In this document: positions 26,015 through 39,531 of the stretch, one piece after another
How the letters are laid out: every line of letters begins with the position of its first letter
Numbering within the stretch: the first letter of the stretch is position 1
Assembly: GCA_002104945.1 (NCBI GenBank)
Contig: MCFH01000005.1
Location: 806,001 to 870,000 of the forward strand
DNA from: Piromyces finnis finn
Taxonomy: Eukaryota > Fungi > Neocallimastigomycota
Reading direction: 5' to 3'
DNA length: 64,000 bases
Notes under the pieces: generated by a model
Seen by the model: the letters and a program-made list of their open reading frames with translations, nothing else
What the model was told of the DNA's origin: nothing
Database searches by the model: none
Translations under genes and position numbers: made by a program

Positions 26015-28121
26015 TTAATACAAGAGAGCAGTAGATATTAATGCTAGAATTGCACCACAAGAAACATAAACAGTTTTTTGTTTTAATGTTTCCCAGCCAA
26101 TAATATCACTTATAACGTAACATATTATCCATGATGTAATAAAACAAACCCATACTACTGGTTTTTTAGTAACTGTATTAAATGGGTGAATTTCTTTAAT
26201 ATCTTCTTTTTCTTCAGTTTTTTTATAATAATTGATAAGATATTGATAACAGGTATATACTCTTAAAGACATATTAACCATATTACCAATTATAATACCA
26301 ACAATACCTAAATGAAATATCTTAACAAAAATGAAACAACATGCAGCAAAAATAATCCAAAAAAGTGTCATCATTCTACTTTGGTAATGTAATTCTTTTT
26401 TAGGGGCTACAGCTTGAACAAAACCTTCTAAGATACCATTAAAACCCATAAATGGTATGGACACACAGTAATAAGCTAAAGCTTTGGGGGCTGCTGAATT
26501 TTTTGACCAATTTGAACCTGCTAAAAAATCAATTAAAACACCTGTATAATTTGTAGCAAAAAATATGAAATACATTCCAAGAATAAAATGACATTTTAAA
26601 ATAGTCATTATTACTTTAAAAACTTGCTGTCTACTTGATGTTGTTGAGGCTTAATTATTTATAGTATTATATTAAAAAAAGGAGAAAAAAAATATAATAT
26701 TTATTTTTAATATATATGATAATTAATCATTAATTGCATAAATAATATATATTGTTATAATTATTTAAAAAATTGTTGAATAGATTACTTTTTGATACTA
26801 GTTCTTTTGAAAAATATATTCTACATGTTTCTTCTAATGGTTGAAATATAATTCTTAGAATTAAAGATCCTATTTTATTAAAAATTTATTTAAAGAATCA
26901 TTTAATCAATATACTTTCTTATTTAATAATAATAGTAATTATTACTACTACTGCTACTACTACTACAACTATTATTATAATTATTATCATTATTATTATT
27001 ATTATTAAATTCAAAATATTATATTTACCATAGTTCATTACAAAAGCATATACTCCTTGAGTAATATTATTACATAATATATTTAAAATAATTTTATCAC
27101 CTTGAGATAATAAATATTTAACAAATGATTGTATATATAATGTAATAGAAAGACTTAATAAATGTTCATCAAAGAAATATTTTTTTTCTTCTCTATAAAA
27201 TATAAGATTAATATTTAAAATTTTAAAATTAATTTTGATGAAATAACTAATAATAATAACAATAATTAAAATAATTAATGGAAAATACCATTATATGTAT
27301 ATAATTATATATAATTACCCAATTTCATTCTTTTCAATTATTGCAGATGGAATAAAAGCATTAATTCCCTGACTTAAATGTAAAGATTCGACATCAAGGT
27401 TTTTTTTCTTTTTATTAGTTAAATATTTCCGCCAGAATAAAAACGCATATGTTCCAAATAAGAAAATAGAATAAAGAAGTTGTGACCATGCGAAGCACAA
27501 TACCGCAGCTCTTGAATTAATTTTCTTGTATTTATAATTTAAATAAATAGTAAAAATAAATGAAGAAATGGAACGTATGAATACTGCAAAACCTTCTGCT
27601 TTAACTCTTATATTAAACATTAAATAATATTGTGTTAAAATGTAAAGAGGTTCTGAACATAATTCAATTAATGCAGCAATAGAATATAGAATGATAGAGA
27701 AAGAATTATTTTCTTCTGTATTTAAATTTTCTCTCTTATTAAAGTAGTATGTAACTAGCATTGTCAAAGAACAACCAATAATTATTGGGATATATGATAA
27801 ATTAACCGCTTTTTTAATTGGGTTAAGGAGATCTTTAACATTTTCTTTTTTTTTATTTTCACTTTTTTCACTTTTTTTATTTATTCCTTCTGAACCTGAT
27901 TTACTTCTAAGTAATGCCATACGAATACCTTCTCTTGAAATAAATAATATTGTTTCTAATATTAATTCTAATTTAATACTAACAATGCCTAAAACCTTTG
28001 CTGAAGTAAAACGTAGTAATATTTGATTTAGAATAAATGTTATACTTCTTGAAAAAAGTTGAAGAAAAAATAGATATATTGTCCCTGTAAAAGACGAAGC
28101 TAATGTTGATTTTATGGCCAT
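26015..28121 (-). CDS. RFT1: Oligosaccharide translocation protein RFT1 (N-glycosylation), four exons
   Basis: N-terminal LQLFSRSITFILNQILLR and ELILETILFISREGIRMALLR, IELCSEPLY, spliced NYGSLILRIIFQPLEE, and C-terminal FMGFNGILEGFVQAV. Junctions checked as canonical GT-AG. Confidence 0.92.
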
Positions 28122-28941
28122 TATTATATATAATTTGAATATATTCTTGAATAATTAATTATTGATTGATAACAAAAATAATATATATATTTTATATTAA
28201 AAGTATGGTTATTTATTATTGTTGTTATTGTTTTACTATTATGATTATTTATTATTGTTGCTATTATTATTACTATTATTACTGCTATTGTTATTGCTAT
28301 TGTTATTGTTGTTGTTGTTTTTAATTACAATTAATTTTTTATATTTATGTTGGAAATTAAAAATTTTTTATTATTATTCTTTTAATTATTATTTTTTCAT
28401 TACTAGTATTTTTTCTTTTTTATTTATTAAAAAGCATATATTTGATTTTTCTTTAATTATCCATATAAAAGAATTTTTATATGTTGTTTCTTTTTTGTTA
28501 TATTTTAATATTATATAAAATTGAAATCTATTTTATGGTTTATCCATTAAAATGCATATAATTATGTGAATCACGCATATATTTTTATATAAAAATATTT
28601 CCAAATTTATACTTTTTTAAATAGATTAAAATTTAATGAAAATTTTAATAACAATTTAAAAACAAGCCATAGCCATATTTGTAAACTTATTATAAACATA
28701 TAAACATTGAATATAAAGTTTATCTTTTAAGATTTTTTTATTTATTATTTTTTTTTCTTGTTTAAATAATAATCTTTAATAATTTAAATATATCCTATCA
28801 AGATTAACAGTAACTAAAAAAAGATTATTACTATATACCAGCTAAATAAACAAAAGTATTAATCTATTATATATATAAGACATTTATTCAGTTTTAATAA
28901 ATTAAAAAGCACATTATAAATTAAATATACAATTACTCGAC

Positions 28942-31900
28942 ATGACAGTTGGTGGTAATAATTAATAAATACTTATTTTATAAAGCACTTTTATTTATAT
29001 ATGAAATTTCATTTTTTATTATTACCAAGGATAATGATAATAATTCAATACTAATAATATTATTTTATTATATTTTTAATTATTATTTTATTATTATTAT
29101 TATTATTCATCTTAAAATTAAACAATTCTAATAAATAATAACAACAATAATGATAATTAACAGAACCAAAAACAAAGGTATTTTTCATTTTTTTTCAATA
29201 ATTTTAGAAAGATTTATTATACTTTTATCTATATAAATTTTAATATGTTTTTTTTTTATTTAAATAAATGTATTATTCCTATTAAAATTAAAATACATAG
29301 GAAGAATACGAAAAAATTATTAAAGAATGTACTCAAGGTATATATAAACCGAAGATATATTTAAAATATATATATATTAAAAAAAAATTATATATTTTCA
29401 ATGATATTTGATATTTATTTATTTTTATTGTCATTTTTTTTAATTTTAATAAAAAATATTATTAGCCTTAAAGAGTAGTTCAATTAATCCACAAACTTTT
29501 ATAAAAAGAGCTAATGCATATGAACAATTAGAAAATTATGAAGAAGCTTTTAAGGATGTTAGAAATGCTTTGAGTTTAGATCACAGTAATAAACAATATA
29601 TAGAAAAAGCTCATCAAATTTTAAAGAAGAGTACAGATAAAGTTAACTCTCGTACTCCAACAAATATTGTTAGAACTTTAATTGCCGATTGTTGTAATGA
29701 AAGTGAAGATATTAAAAAAAGAGTTGAATCAGCTGAACGTTTAGCAGCCTTAACCAAAGATATAGCTTTTGCAAAGATCACAGGTCAAGAAGGTGGTGTT
29801 GAATTTATTGTAAATGCTTTGATGAATGAAGTTAATAAAAAAGATAATCAAGAATTTCGTATTCGTTTAAGAATGGCATTGATTGGCATTCTTTCCAAAG
29901 TATCTGGTGTTAAAGAATATACAACATTAATTTTAGAAAGAATTAATAAGACTAGTATTTCATTATTAATTGATACAGCTGATGAAAAGAGAGCCTTTTT
30001 AGGTATGGATCTTTTGAAAACCTTGTTTAATACCGCAATTGATTTACCCCTTAATAAGATTCGTATTTTAGCACAAGCCAGAGAAATTTCTCTTGATCAT
30101 TTATGTAATATTTTAACCCAAAATGTAAATACTAATATCAAGGTTAATTCTGTTCATACCATCATTAATATCATTGTTGATAAGTCTTCTGCTATTGCTT
30201 TTACTGGTACTTCCGGATTTGCTATTTTATTAGGTTGTGCCGCAGAAAAAGATGATAGAATAAAACCAATGGTAGCTCTTGCTGTTTCTCGCATTATATC
30301 CCATATGAATGGTGAAGACAAGAGTATTCGTGAAAGTTGTGAATCCAATATAAGTAATTGGTTAAATGCTGATAAGGAATCTGAAAAAATTAAAGGTTTA
30401 TCTGCTTTAGCTTCTGTTTTCCAAGCTAATGTTGATGTTGGTAAATCTATCCTATTATCTAAAGGCTTTTTAGCTGATATTATGGATACTATTGATTTTG
30501 AATCTGAACAGTTCCAAACTTTATTCATTGATGTACTTTCACAAGCATGTGCTGATAAGGTTTGTAGACAAAATATTGCTGAACGTTGTACCGGATTTTT
30601 ATTAAAGAACCTTAAATTAGAAAGTAAAAATGAAATTCGTATCGATTCAGCTTTAGTTCTTACTAAATTAATGTTTATTAGAAGAGAAATTACTGATATG
30701 TTATTAAAGGAAGAAAATCTTAGTGATTCTTTTATTAATCGTATAATTGATGATAAACGCGATCTCAATTCAAGAACTAATGCAATTGAAGGTCTTTCTT
30801 ATATGACTATATTCGCTCCAATTAAAGAAAAGATCGCAAAGAATGATACATTTTTAAAGTCATTAACAGATTTAGCTAAATGTGAAAATCAACCTTTGCA
30901 ATATGGTATTACTACAATTATTGATAATATTACACAATACCCACGTGAACTTACTGAAGAGGAAAAACAATTAAAAAAAATTAAAGAATTTTCAAAGGAA
31001 CAAAGTGTTATTAAGGATGATGAAAGAGATAAAGCTGAATATGTTGTAAAACGTATCGAAAATGTTCTTAAAAATAATGGTATTCTTACTCTTATTGCTC
31101 TTTCAAAAACTGAGAGTGTAAATGCTCATGAATCCCTCTCACAAATTTTTTTAAACATTGTTACTGAAAAGAAATTTAGAGGACAAGTCGTTCAACAAGG
31201 CGGTGTGAAAGTTTTATTTAAAATGGTTGGAAAAGGAAATACTGAAAAGGGAATTATGCTTGCTACTCAAGCATTAGCAAAGATCGCAATTACAATGGAT
31301 CCAAGATTAGCCTTTAAGTCTGCTAAAGCTACTGATCTTGTTAGACCATTAATTATTATGTGTAAAAAAGGTAGTTTACTTCAACAATTTGAAGCTTTAA
31401 TGGCTTTAACCAATTTAGGTAGTGTTGATGATGATCTAAGAATGAAGATTTTAAAAGAAGATGGTATTAAGGCCATGGAAAGTCTTCAATTTACAGAAAA
31501 TGTCATGGTACGAAGAGCTGCTACTGAAGCATTATGTAATATGATGTATGAACCAGAAGTCTATACTTCATATATTCAATCTCCAAGTAAAATAAAGCTT
31601 CTTGTAGCTCTTTCAGATGTTGAAGATTTTGAAACTAGACGTGCTGCTAGTGGAGCTCTTGCTGTTCTTTCTCAAGCTGAGGAAATTACTCAACATATTA
31701 AAAAAGTAAATTATGGTTATGAAGTAATTAAGAGTTTATTAGAAGATAAATCTGAAGAACTCCAACATAGAGGTGCAGAAATTACAAAGAATATTATTAT
31801 AAATAGTAAGAAGGGTGATGAAAATCTTAATCGTCTTAAGAATATGGGATGTATAAAACAATTAGAAGTTTTAACACATTCTAGATTACCAGCTATTTCA

Positions 31901-31951
31901 AGATGTGCTGTTGAAGCACTTCTTTGGATAAGAAAAAATAATTTACTTTGA
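28942..31951 (+). CDS. UCS-domain myosin chaperone (UNC-45/CRO1/She4 family) with N-terminal TPR fragment; exons 28942-28954 (tentative), 29164-29177 (tentative), 29301-29337, 29466-31951
   Basis: C-terminal UCS motifs RGQVVQQGGVK, AQ/TQALAKIAITMDP, LQQFEALMALTNLGS, VRRAATEALCNM, TRRAASGALA, LQHRG. The ORF extends upstream to acceptor 29465 with a TPR-like helix pair. The two 5' micro-exons are inferred from splice signals and frame only. Confidence 0.88.
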
Positions 31952-34460
31952 ATAAAGTCTTATATAATAATCATATCCTATAACATTAAAAAAAAATTAG
32001 CACATAAATTCTTTTCTATTTAATAAAGCATGTTTTTTTTTTTTATTATTATTTTTATATATAAATACATTAAATAAATTTTTCATGTAAAAAACAAGAA
32101 TAATAATAAATTAGATATTAATATTGTATAGATTTTTTTTAATAAAAAAAAAAGAACATGTTTACTATATATATATATATAAAGTAAATAAACAATAAAA
32201 AAAAAAGTTAATTAGCTAAATAAAAAATAAATAATTGTAATAACATTATTATAGGGTTATATTCTTATTTCCTTATTTCTTTTCTAATATTTTTATTTAA
32301 TTGGTAATAATCTATTTTACAATATAAAATTTTATCGTTGAATATATTTAAAAGAAAAAAAATTATATAGATTCTTAAACATTAAAAAAGAACAACTATT
32401 TAATTTTTAATATTCCTTTATAATAATTATAGTATTAATTGTTTATATACACCATATAATAACTATTAATCAATTTTATTACAAAAGCATTATCATACTT
32501 TTAATACATATTATTTATTTATTATTTATATTATAAAAATCAATATACTATTAATTATTATTATTAAATTTATAGTTAAGATTTTATAATATTAAACTAA
32601 ATATCATTTATAGCATTTGTAGAGGTTATTTATTTTTTTTTTATAATTATTTCTTTTTTCTTTATCTATCATCATAAATGATTTCAAATTAGATATTAAA
32701 ATTTATTATAATAAAATATGTGCAAAATGTCAGATACATCTATTAAATTTTAAAAGATAATTATTTTAAATTTATATATTAATTTTCATATTTAATATAT
32801 AATGAAATATTAATCTATAAACTTTATAATTTCTATATATTGTCTTTTTTTTTTCAACTTTCAACCATATTTTTCTGTATAAAGTTATTTTGTATGTTAC
32901 ATTAATTTGTAGATAGTTTATGTAAAAGATAATGTATGTAGATATTACAAAAAAGGAAATAATCATTAATAGAAAAAAGGGTTAATTCATATAGGAAAAA
33001 CATAGGAAAAACAACTAGTAAATGCTGAGGATTTTTTTTTTCTTTTAAAATCAAATAACAATTCTTGTATTGCTTTTTTGTTGTTGCTGTTATTGCTGTT
33101 ATTGCTGCTGTTGTTGTTGCATTCAATAGTAATTAAATAAAGTAAAAATACTTAATATTTACAACTGGTTTTTATTTAGAATAGTCACTTTATTTTATTA
33201 TTATATTCTATTTGAAGACCTAGAACCTTTTATTTTCAAATTGTCTGACAATCTTATTATTAATTGGAATTAATAATAAATTAAGCATAGCATATATTAA
33301 AATATTATTCTAGCATATATTATTTATTATTAAATATAAAATAATGTTTTAGGATAAAGTACCAGAAATAAAGTTAAAAAAAAATCGTTTCAATTTATAA
33401 AAGTTCAATTATATTGAATGGCGTAATACATTACAATATGTGTATTATTATATGTTGTTAATATAATTAATATATATATCTATATATATCCTGATCTAAA
33501 AATTATTATTGATAATATATTAAATTCTGTATATTGTAATGCAGTATTTACTGCGCTTTATGGTAAAAGCATGATAAATATATTAAAATAATATTATTAA
33601 TATATTAATATTATTAAAAATGTTTTATTGAGAATATAATTATATGTAATTAAAATAAAAAATTATAAAATCATCTTAACAAAATTATTTAATGAAATAA
33701 AGATACAAAATGATAAATGTGAAAAAATATTATAAACATCATATATGAGACTTTCAGAATATAAAATATAAAATACTAAATAATAGTTGAATATTTAAAA
33801 AAAAGTAAAAACAATATTCCATTTAATTAATATATTTTAAATATTAAGAACAATGCATTATTATTTAGTAATAATTTTTTCTTATATTTTATTTATTTTT
33901 TATTATGAAAAATAATTATTATTTTTATAATTAACTTGTTTTATAATACAAAAGTTTTTCATGTGGAGAAATATTTCATGTGACCACATATATTTTTTTT
34001 TCTTGGATTTGACAATATTTTTTTTTTTAATAGCTTATTATTTAAAATATATAACTAAATAATAAATATTTATATTAAACTCTATATTTTCTATTTAATA
34101 TATTATGTTGAAAAATCAGTAAAGCTATATATTAAATTGTAATCATCCATTAAAGATTATAAAATATGTTAAAAATATGGTTCTTTTTATATATTTATAA
34201 AATATATTAAAGTATACTTATTTCTATTCAATTTAAAATACAGCCAATTATAACTTTATAAAATATAATTTAGGTTACTATATAATGTAACATAAATGTT
34301 CACAAAAAATTATGGATCTAGTTTTCTGTTCTAGAAATTGATTTTATTTCCATTAGTTTTGTATAGAGCATGAAAGAAACGTATTAGACAATGTAATATA
34401 TCCATAAAAGGAATATTCATGAAAATAGAGTTTTTAAACTGTAAAACGATAATCCAAATT

Positions 34461-34533
34461 ATTATTAAAATTAGAATTAATGGTCGCAAACCGTTACACA
34501 GTAAGCGTGGACACCATTCTTAATTTTAATAAT
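34461..34533. repeat. Short inverted repeat enclosing a GC-rich core
   Basis: attattaaaatta..aatggt / accattcttaattttaataat flank cgcaaaccgttacacagtaagcgtggac. Confidence 0.55.
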
Positions 34534-35058
34534 TTAAATTATATAATATATATAATTAAAAAAAATAATATAAATAATATAAGATGATAATATATTATTT
34601 TATTATTTAAATCAGTTTTCATATATTACTAATTAGATTAGAAAATATTATCACATTTTGATATTCTTTATAATATTTTTTATTATCCAATGAAATTCCA
34701 GTATAATAATTTTATCAAATTTTGAATATTATTAATAATATATTCCTTTTTTTTTTAAATGGTAATATATTTTAAAATAATATATCAAGAATATATTGGA
34801 ATGTACATATTATATAATTTTTACATATTATTCATATTAATTGAATTAATATATTGTTTCAATATAATACATTTTCTATTAAAATTAATTATTATTTATT
34901 CATAATAAACTATTTTATATCTTAATTATATATAACATATATTTAATAAATTTTTAAAAAATATAAATATAAAAAGAGACATTTTTTCATGGATTATATA
35001 ATGTTTAAAATAAAAAATTGTTTAATTGTAATTTTAAATTTGTAGAATATTTTTTAAA

Positions 35059-35092
<34 letters not shown>

Positions 35093-35662
35093 ATTGTAAA
35101 ATAAATAAATAAAAATATTATATATATAAATAAACAACGAAATCAAAAGTGAAAAATAATTATAATAATAATAATAAAAAAAAGTTTAAAAAAAAATTAA
35201 AAAAAAAAAAAGTTAAACGCGATAATTAGGCGAAAAAAAAATGATATACCAATTTGTTTATTAAATATTAAATATCTTAACTAAAAAAGAAATAATAACC
35301 GTATTAATGTATAATAATATTAAATCTATTAAACTTTAATCAGTAAAATAGTACTTGTATATATATAAAATAGTATTTAAAGAGTAAATAATTACTCATT
35401 TAATTAACATATTTAATTTATTGTAAAGAAGAAGAAGGAAAAAAAAAACGAATATTATTATTATTTATTTTTAGTAAATTTTAGTTTAAAATTTAAAGAG
35501 AAAGAAATTGTTATATATAATTTATTTAATTTTATGTAATAATAATTTATTAAAATATTTATATAAATAGTAATAATAGTTAATTAATTTTAACATTAAA
35601 TTTATAATAAAATAAAGAAAAATTTTTTAAAATTATAATTATTGTAAAAATAAAAAAACAAA

Positions 35663-37102
35663 ATGAGTTGTAAATACTATTCATATTTCTCTTCAAGGAC
35701 TCCATTCCAAGATGTTCAAAATATATTTAATAAAATAAATTTTGAAAAGTCTTTGCAAAAGTCATATCAAGAAAAAACAAAATATCAAAATGTTTTCTCA
35801 AAGCAGAATAAAATTAATAATCAAAATGACTTTGTTTCTATGAATGAAGTTCATGATAAGGAAAGAAGCTTTGTTCAATATCAAGATGAAAAACAACTTA
35901 AAAAGTTAAATGCTTTTCATATTCAACAACAGCAAGAAATATACCTTGAATATTTGTTTGCAAACGAAAAAAAAATAGCAATGAAGAATCAAAATTTAGA
36001 TAATATTAATGAATGGTTACTTACAAAATTTAATAATAACTATTCTGAAGCCTATTGTAAAATGTTTCCAAATGTATACCAAAATCAGAGTCAAGAAAAT
36101 AAAATTTTTGAAACTAAGATGGATTTGTCAAGGGATGAATATCAATACCCAAATTTAAATGAAAAATTAAAAAGATGTAATTCATATCAATATTTATTTA
36201 ATCATAAATTAAATTCTAAATTTTTAAGAAAATATGAACTTCAAGATGAACTTGGTAGTGGAGGATTTGGCTTCGTACTATTGACTAAAGAACGTACTAC
36301 TAATAAAAAATTTGCTGTAAAATTTATTTTCAAGAGCAAAATTCCAAAATCCGGATGGGTTTATGATGAAAAAGAAGGTTCTATTCCAATGGAATGTTTC
36401 ATTATGAAAAAAGTTAACCATCCAAATATCGTTAAATATATTGATTCTTATTCAGATGAAAAATTATTCTATATAGTTATGGAATTACATGGAAATACTT
36501 GGGCTATAGATGAAGATAATATATATAATAATAATGGTCAAGTAGAGTATCAAAATGCTATGGATTTATTTGAATGTATTGAATCAAGAGCTATGAGATT
36601 TACGGAATTTCAAGCTAAATATATATTTAAACAAATATTTGCTGCAGTAAATTATCTTTATAAAAATGGAATAGTTCACCGTGATCTTAAAGATGAAAAC
36701 ATTTTAATTGATAAACATTTTAATATAAAACTTACTGATTTTGGTGCGGCTTCTTATTTAAAAAATTATAATGAAAATAATGCATATTTTGTAAATAAAT
36801 TCCTTGGAACAATGGCCTATGCTCCACCAGAAATACTTAAGGGGGAACAATTTGGTACAATTGCTCAAGAGGTCTTTTCTTTAGGTACAATATTGTATTT
36901 ATTAATATTTGGTGAAATACCTTTTAAAAGTCCTGAAGAAACAATATTCTCTAATAATATTTATTTAAATGCACCAAGGAATGTAAGGTGCTCAAAAGAA
37001 GTTTTAAATTTAATGGAATGGATGCTTCAAAAAAGACCAGAAGATCGTCCATCAATGGCTTCAATAATAAATCATCCATGGATGAGAAATAACTCTGTAT
37101 AA
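35663..37102 (+). CDS. Ser/Thr protein kinase, CAMK group, PAS-kinase-like catalytic domain (no PAS domain seen), intronless
   Basis: LGSGGFGFV, AVKFIFKSKI..W....G.IPME, HPNIV, MELHG, MDLFECIE, HRDLKDENILID, DFG, GTMAYAPPE. Confidence 0.88.
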   Translation: MSCKYYSYFSSRTPFQDVQNIFNKINFEKSLQKSYQEKTKYQNVFSKQNKINNQNDFVSMNEVHDKERSFVQYQDEKQLKKLNAFHIQQQQEIYLEYLFANEKKIAMKNQNLDNINEWLLTKFNNNYSEAYCKMFPNVYQNQSQENKIFETKMDLSRDEYQYPNLNEKLKRCNSYQYLFNHKLNSKFLRKYELQDELGSGGFGFVLLTKERTTNKKFAVKFIFKSKIPKSGWVYDEKEGSIPMECFIMKKVNHPNIVKYIDSYSDEKLFYIVMELHGNTWAIDEDNIYNNNGQVEYQNAMDLFECIESRAMRFTEFQAKYIFKQIFAAVNYLYKNGIVHRDLKDENILIDKHFNIKLTDFGAASYLKNYNENNAYFVNKFLGTMAYAPPEILKGEQFGTIAQEVFSLGTILYLLIFGEIPFKSPEETIFSNNIYLNAPRNVRCSKEVLNLMEWMLQKRPEDRPSMASIINHPWMRNNSV

Positions 37103-37725
37103 ATACTTATTTAATATAATAGTAATTTATTTTTAATTCTTTTCCTTTTTTTTGTATTTATATCCAGAGAAAACATTGTTATCTACATTGTAATTTAAAT
37201 ATGAAAAAAGAAAAAGAAATATACCATGGGATTACTAAAATTATAAAAAAAATTATTATAAAGATATTTATAACATATGTATTAATATCTTTTTTTTTTT
37301 TTTTTTTACTATCTTTATTACATAATTATTTTAATTATATTTAAAATATGTATATATTTTTCAAAGCAACATTTGGAATGAATATTTAAAACCATAATCT
37401 ATTTATTTTAATATTAATAATATAAATATATATATTTATAATTCAATTATTTTATTTATTTTCTATAAAAAAATATTTATTAATATGTTTTTTTAATTTA
37501 ATATTTATCATTTATCAATTGTTTATATAAGTAATATAATAATAATAAATAAAAATAAAAAATAATAAAAATAATAAAAATATATAAAAAAAATTTCATC
37601 TTTCCATTATATTAATTAGGCATAACCTTGAATAAATTATTACAACGATATTAAATTAGTAACTATATATATAGTTACTGATTCAATATATTTTAATATA
37701 TTTTATATTTATATATTTTATATAT

Positions 37726-38251
37726 TCTAACATCCCCTATTGTTATCCCTCTGGCTTTCATCATTTTAGTATTAATTGTAGTGAAATTGAAATGAAGTAT
37801 GAAAATATTGATATATATATTATTGAGCTCTCAAGATGTAATATAAAAAATTTTGATGTTCATGATACTAAAAACGTATGGCTTGCCTTTTTAAAATGCA
37901 TTACTTATGAAACAATTGAAATTGAAAAAAAAAATGGGAATAAAGAAAAGTATAGGATTCCAGTTAATAATTTAACAAACGATCTTATTGAGTTATTGAA
38001 AGGAATAAAAGAAACTAAAGATGCTATGGATATATGTACATTAAATGATAAAAATGAAAAATGTAAAGAAAATTAACAAAAGATATCAACAATTGTTTGA
38101 TGTAGATAAAGAAGTAAATGAATTAAGAAAAGAAAATAATGATTTACAAGTAAAGTATGATAATTTAAAAGAAGAAAATAATGATTAACAAGTAAAAAAA
38201 AATGATGAATTAAAAGAAAAATGTAAAAGTATAGAAAATGAGTTAAATGCC

Positions 38252-38285
<34 letters not shown>

Positions 38286-38350
38286 AGTTCAAGATCAAAC
38301 TCGTCAAATTACAAATAAAAGACAAAAATAAATTAGGGAAAAAATTTGTT
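37726..38350 (+). pseudogene. Degenerate gene fragment, possibly C-terminal part of an Rpn-like PD-(D/E)XK protein, followed by coiled-coil repeats
   Basis: IDIYIIELSRC..F...D.KNVWLAFLKC resembles the IELPK...WL.FL motif of that family. Downstream LRKENNDLQVK / LKEENND*QVK repeats contain an in-frame stop and a frameshift. Confidence 0.3.
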
Positions 38351-38639
38351 ATGAATATAGTATTCTCAACAAAGATGCTAATAAATTTGAATTAATCCTC
38401 CTTTTTAATATGAATAATTAATATAAATAATTATTAATTAATTATATTACTCTATTAATATAGTAAAAAAAAATCAACACACTTTTTATTTTTTATTTTT
38501 TTATTTTTAACGAAAATCTATTTTAATTATTTTAAGTAATATTAATTTTATTGTGTATATTTATGTTATAAAGTACAAAGGGTTTTTTTAATTATTTTAT
38601 ATTTAATAATTAATAATCTATTTTTCTTTTTTAAATAAC

Positions 38640-39240
38640 TTTAAAACACGTTTACCTTTTTATTTTCGTGTCCTATTGATAATTCATGGTTCACCTCTTC
38701 AGCTTCATTTCCTGTTAACAACTCATGTACTACATCTTTAGTACTATGTCCTATTGAAAGCTCATGGATTCATCGAATTGTTAAAAATCAAATTCAAGAA
38801 CGTAATAAAAAATTTTTATCCATCATTAGATAATATCAGACTAAATAATCTATACATAATGGTTAGAATTCCCAAGATTTTCTCTTTTAGTATAATTTAG
38901 TATCCGGCAGATGAATCACTTTTTAAAGAATCGATTTTGAGTCAATTGAAACTCTTAATCTACTAGATATAACCTTAATTATGGTTTATGATTATTACAT
39001 CTTTATTAATACCTATGTTATTATTAAGAGTTGGCTTAAATTAATAAGTTAATAGTACACATAACTTGTATTTATATGTTTATTATGTGGCTTATATATT
39101 TTGAGTTATTATAATATGTCACAATATATTTGACACTTAACCTATAGAACTCCGAGTCGAACTAAATCAGAAACGTATGAAGGACTTCTAACCATAATAA
39201 GGACCTGTGTTATTTGCTAACAATGGTGTCAATGTGCAAA
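38640..39240 (-). mobile_element. Possible decayed retroelement fragment
   Basis: GC-elevated patch. The minus-strand frame gives a short internally repeated peptide HELSIGHSTKDVVHELLTGNEAEEVNHELSIGH with no intact ORF. No diagnostic domain recognised. Confidence 0.2.
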
Positions 39241-39500
39241 AAAAAATACAATTATTATTCTTTAGTGTAAAATAGTAATTTTATTTTAGTTATACTTTTA
39301 TGTGATGCTTATTAAATTTTTAGGATATAATAGTAATTTAATTAATGATAATTTTAATAATCTAGTGAATATTAATGTATAATGTATAATTATTATAAAA
39401 TATGCAAAAAGATATTAAAATTCCTTCCAGTACAATTGTGAAAATATTTTTGTCTCCTGTTAAATTTTTTTTTCTATAAAATCATTGGTATCTTATAAAT

Positions 39501-39531
<31 letters not shown>

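Noticed and set aside
33200-34420. Coding-like patches (e.g. YPDLKIIIDNILNSVYCNAVFTALYGKSMI near 33485-33575)
   Set aside because: Short, interrupted by stops and no family recognisable; too weak to call even as a pseudogene.
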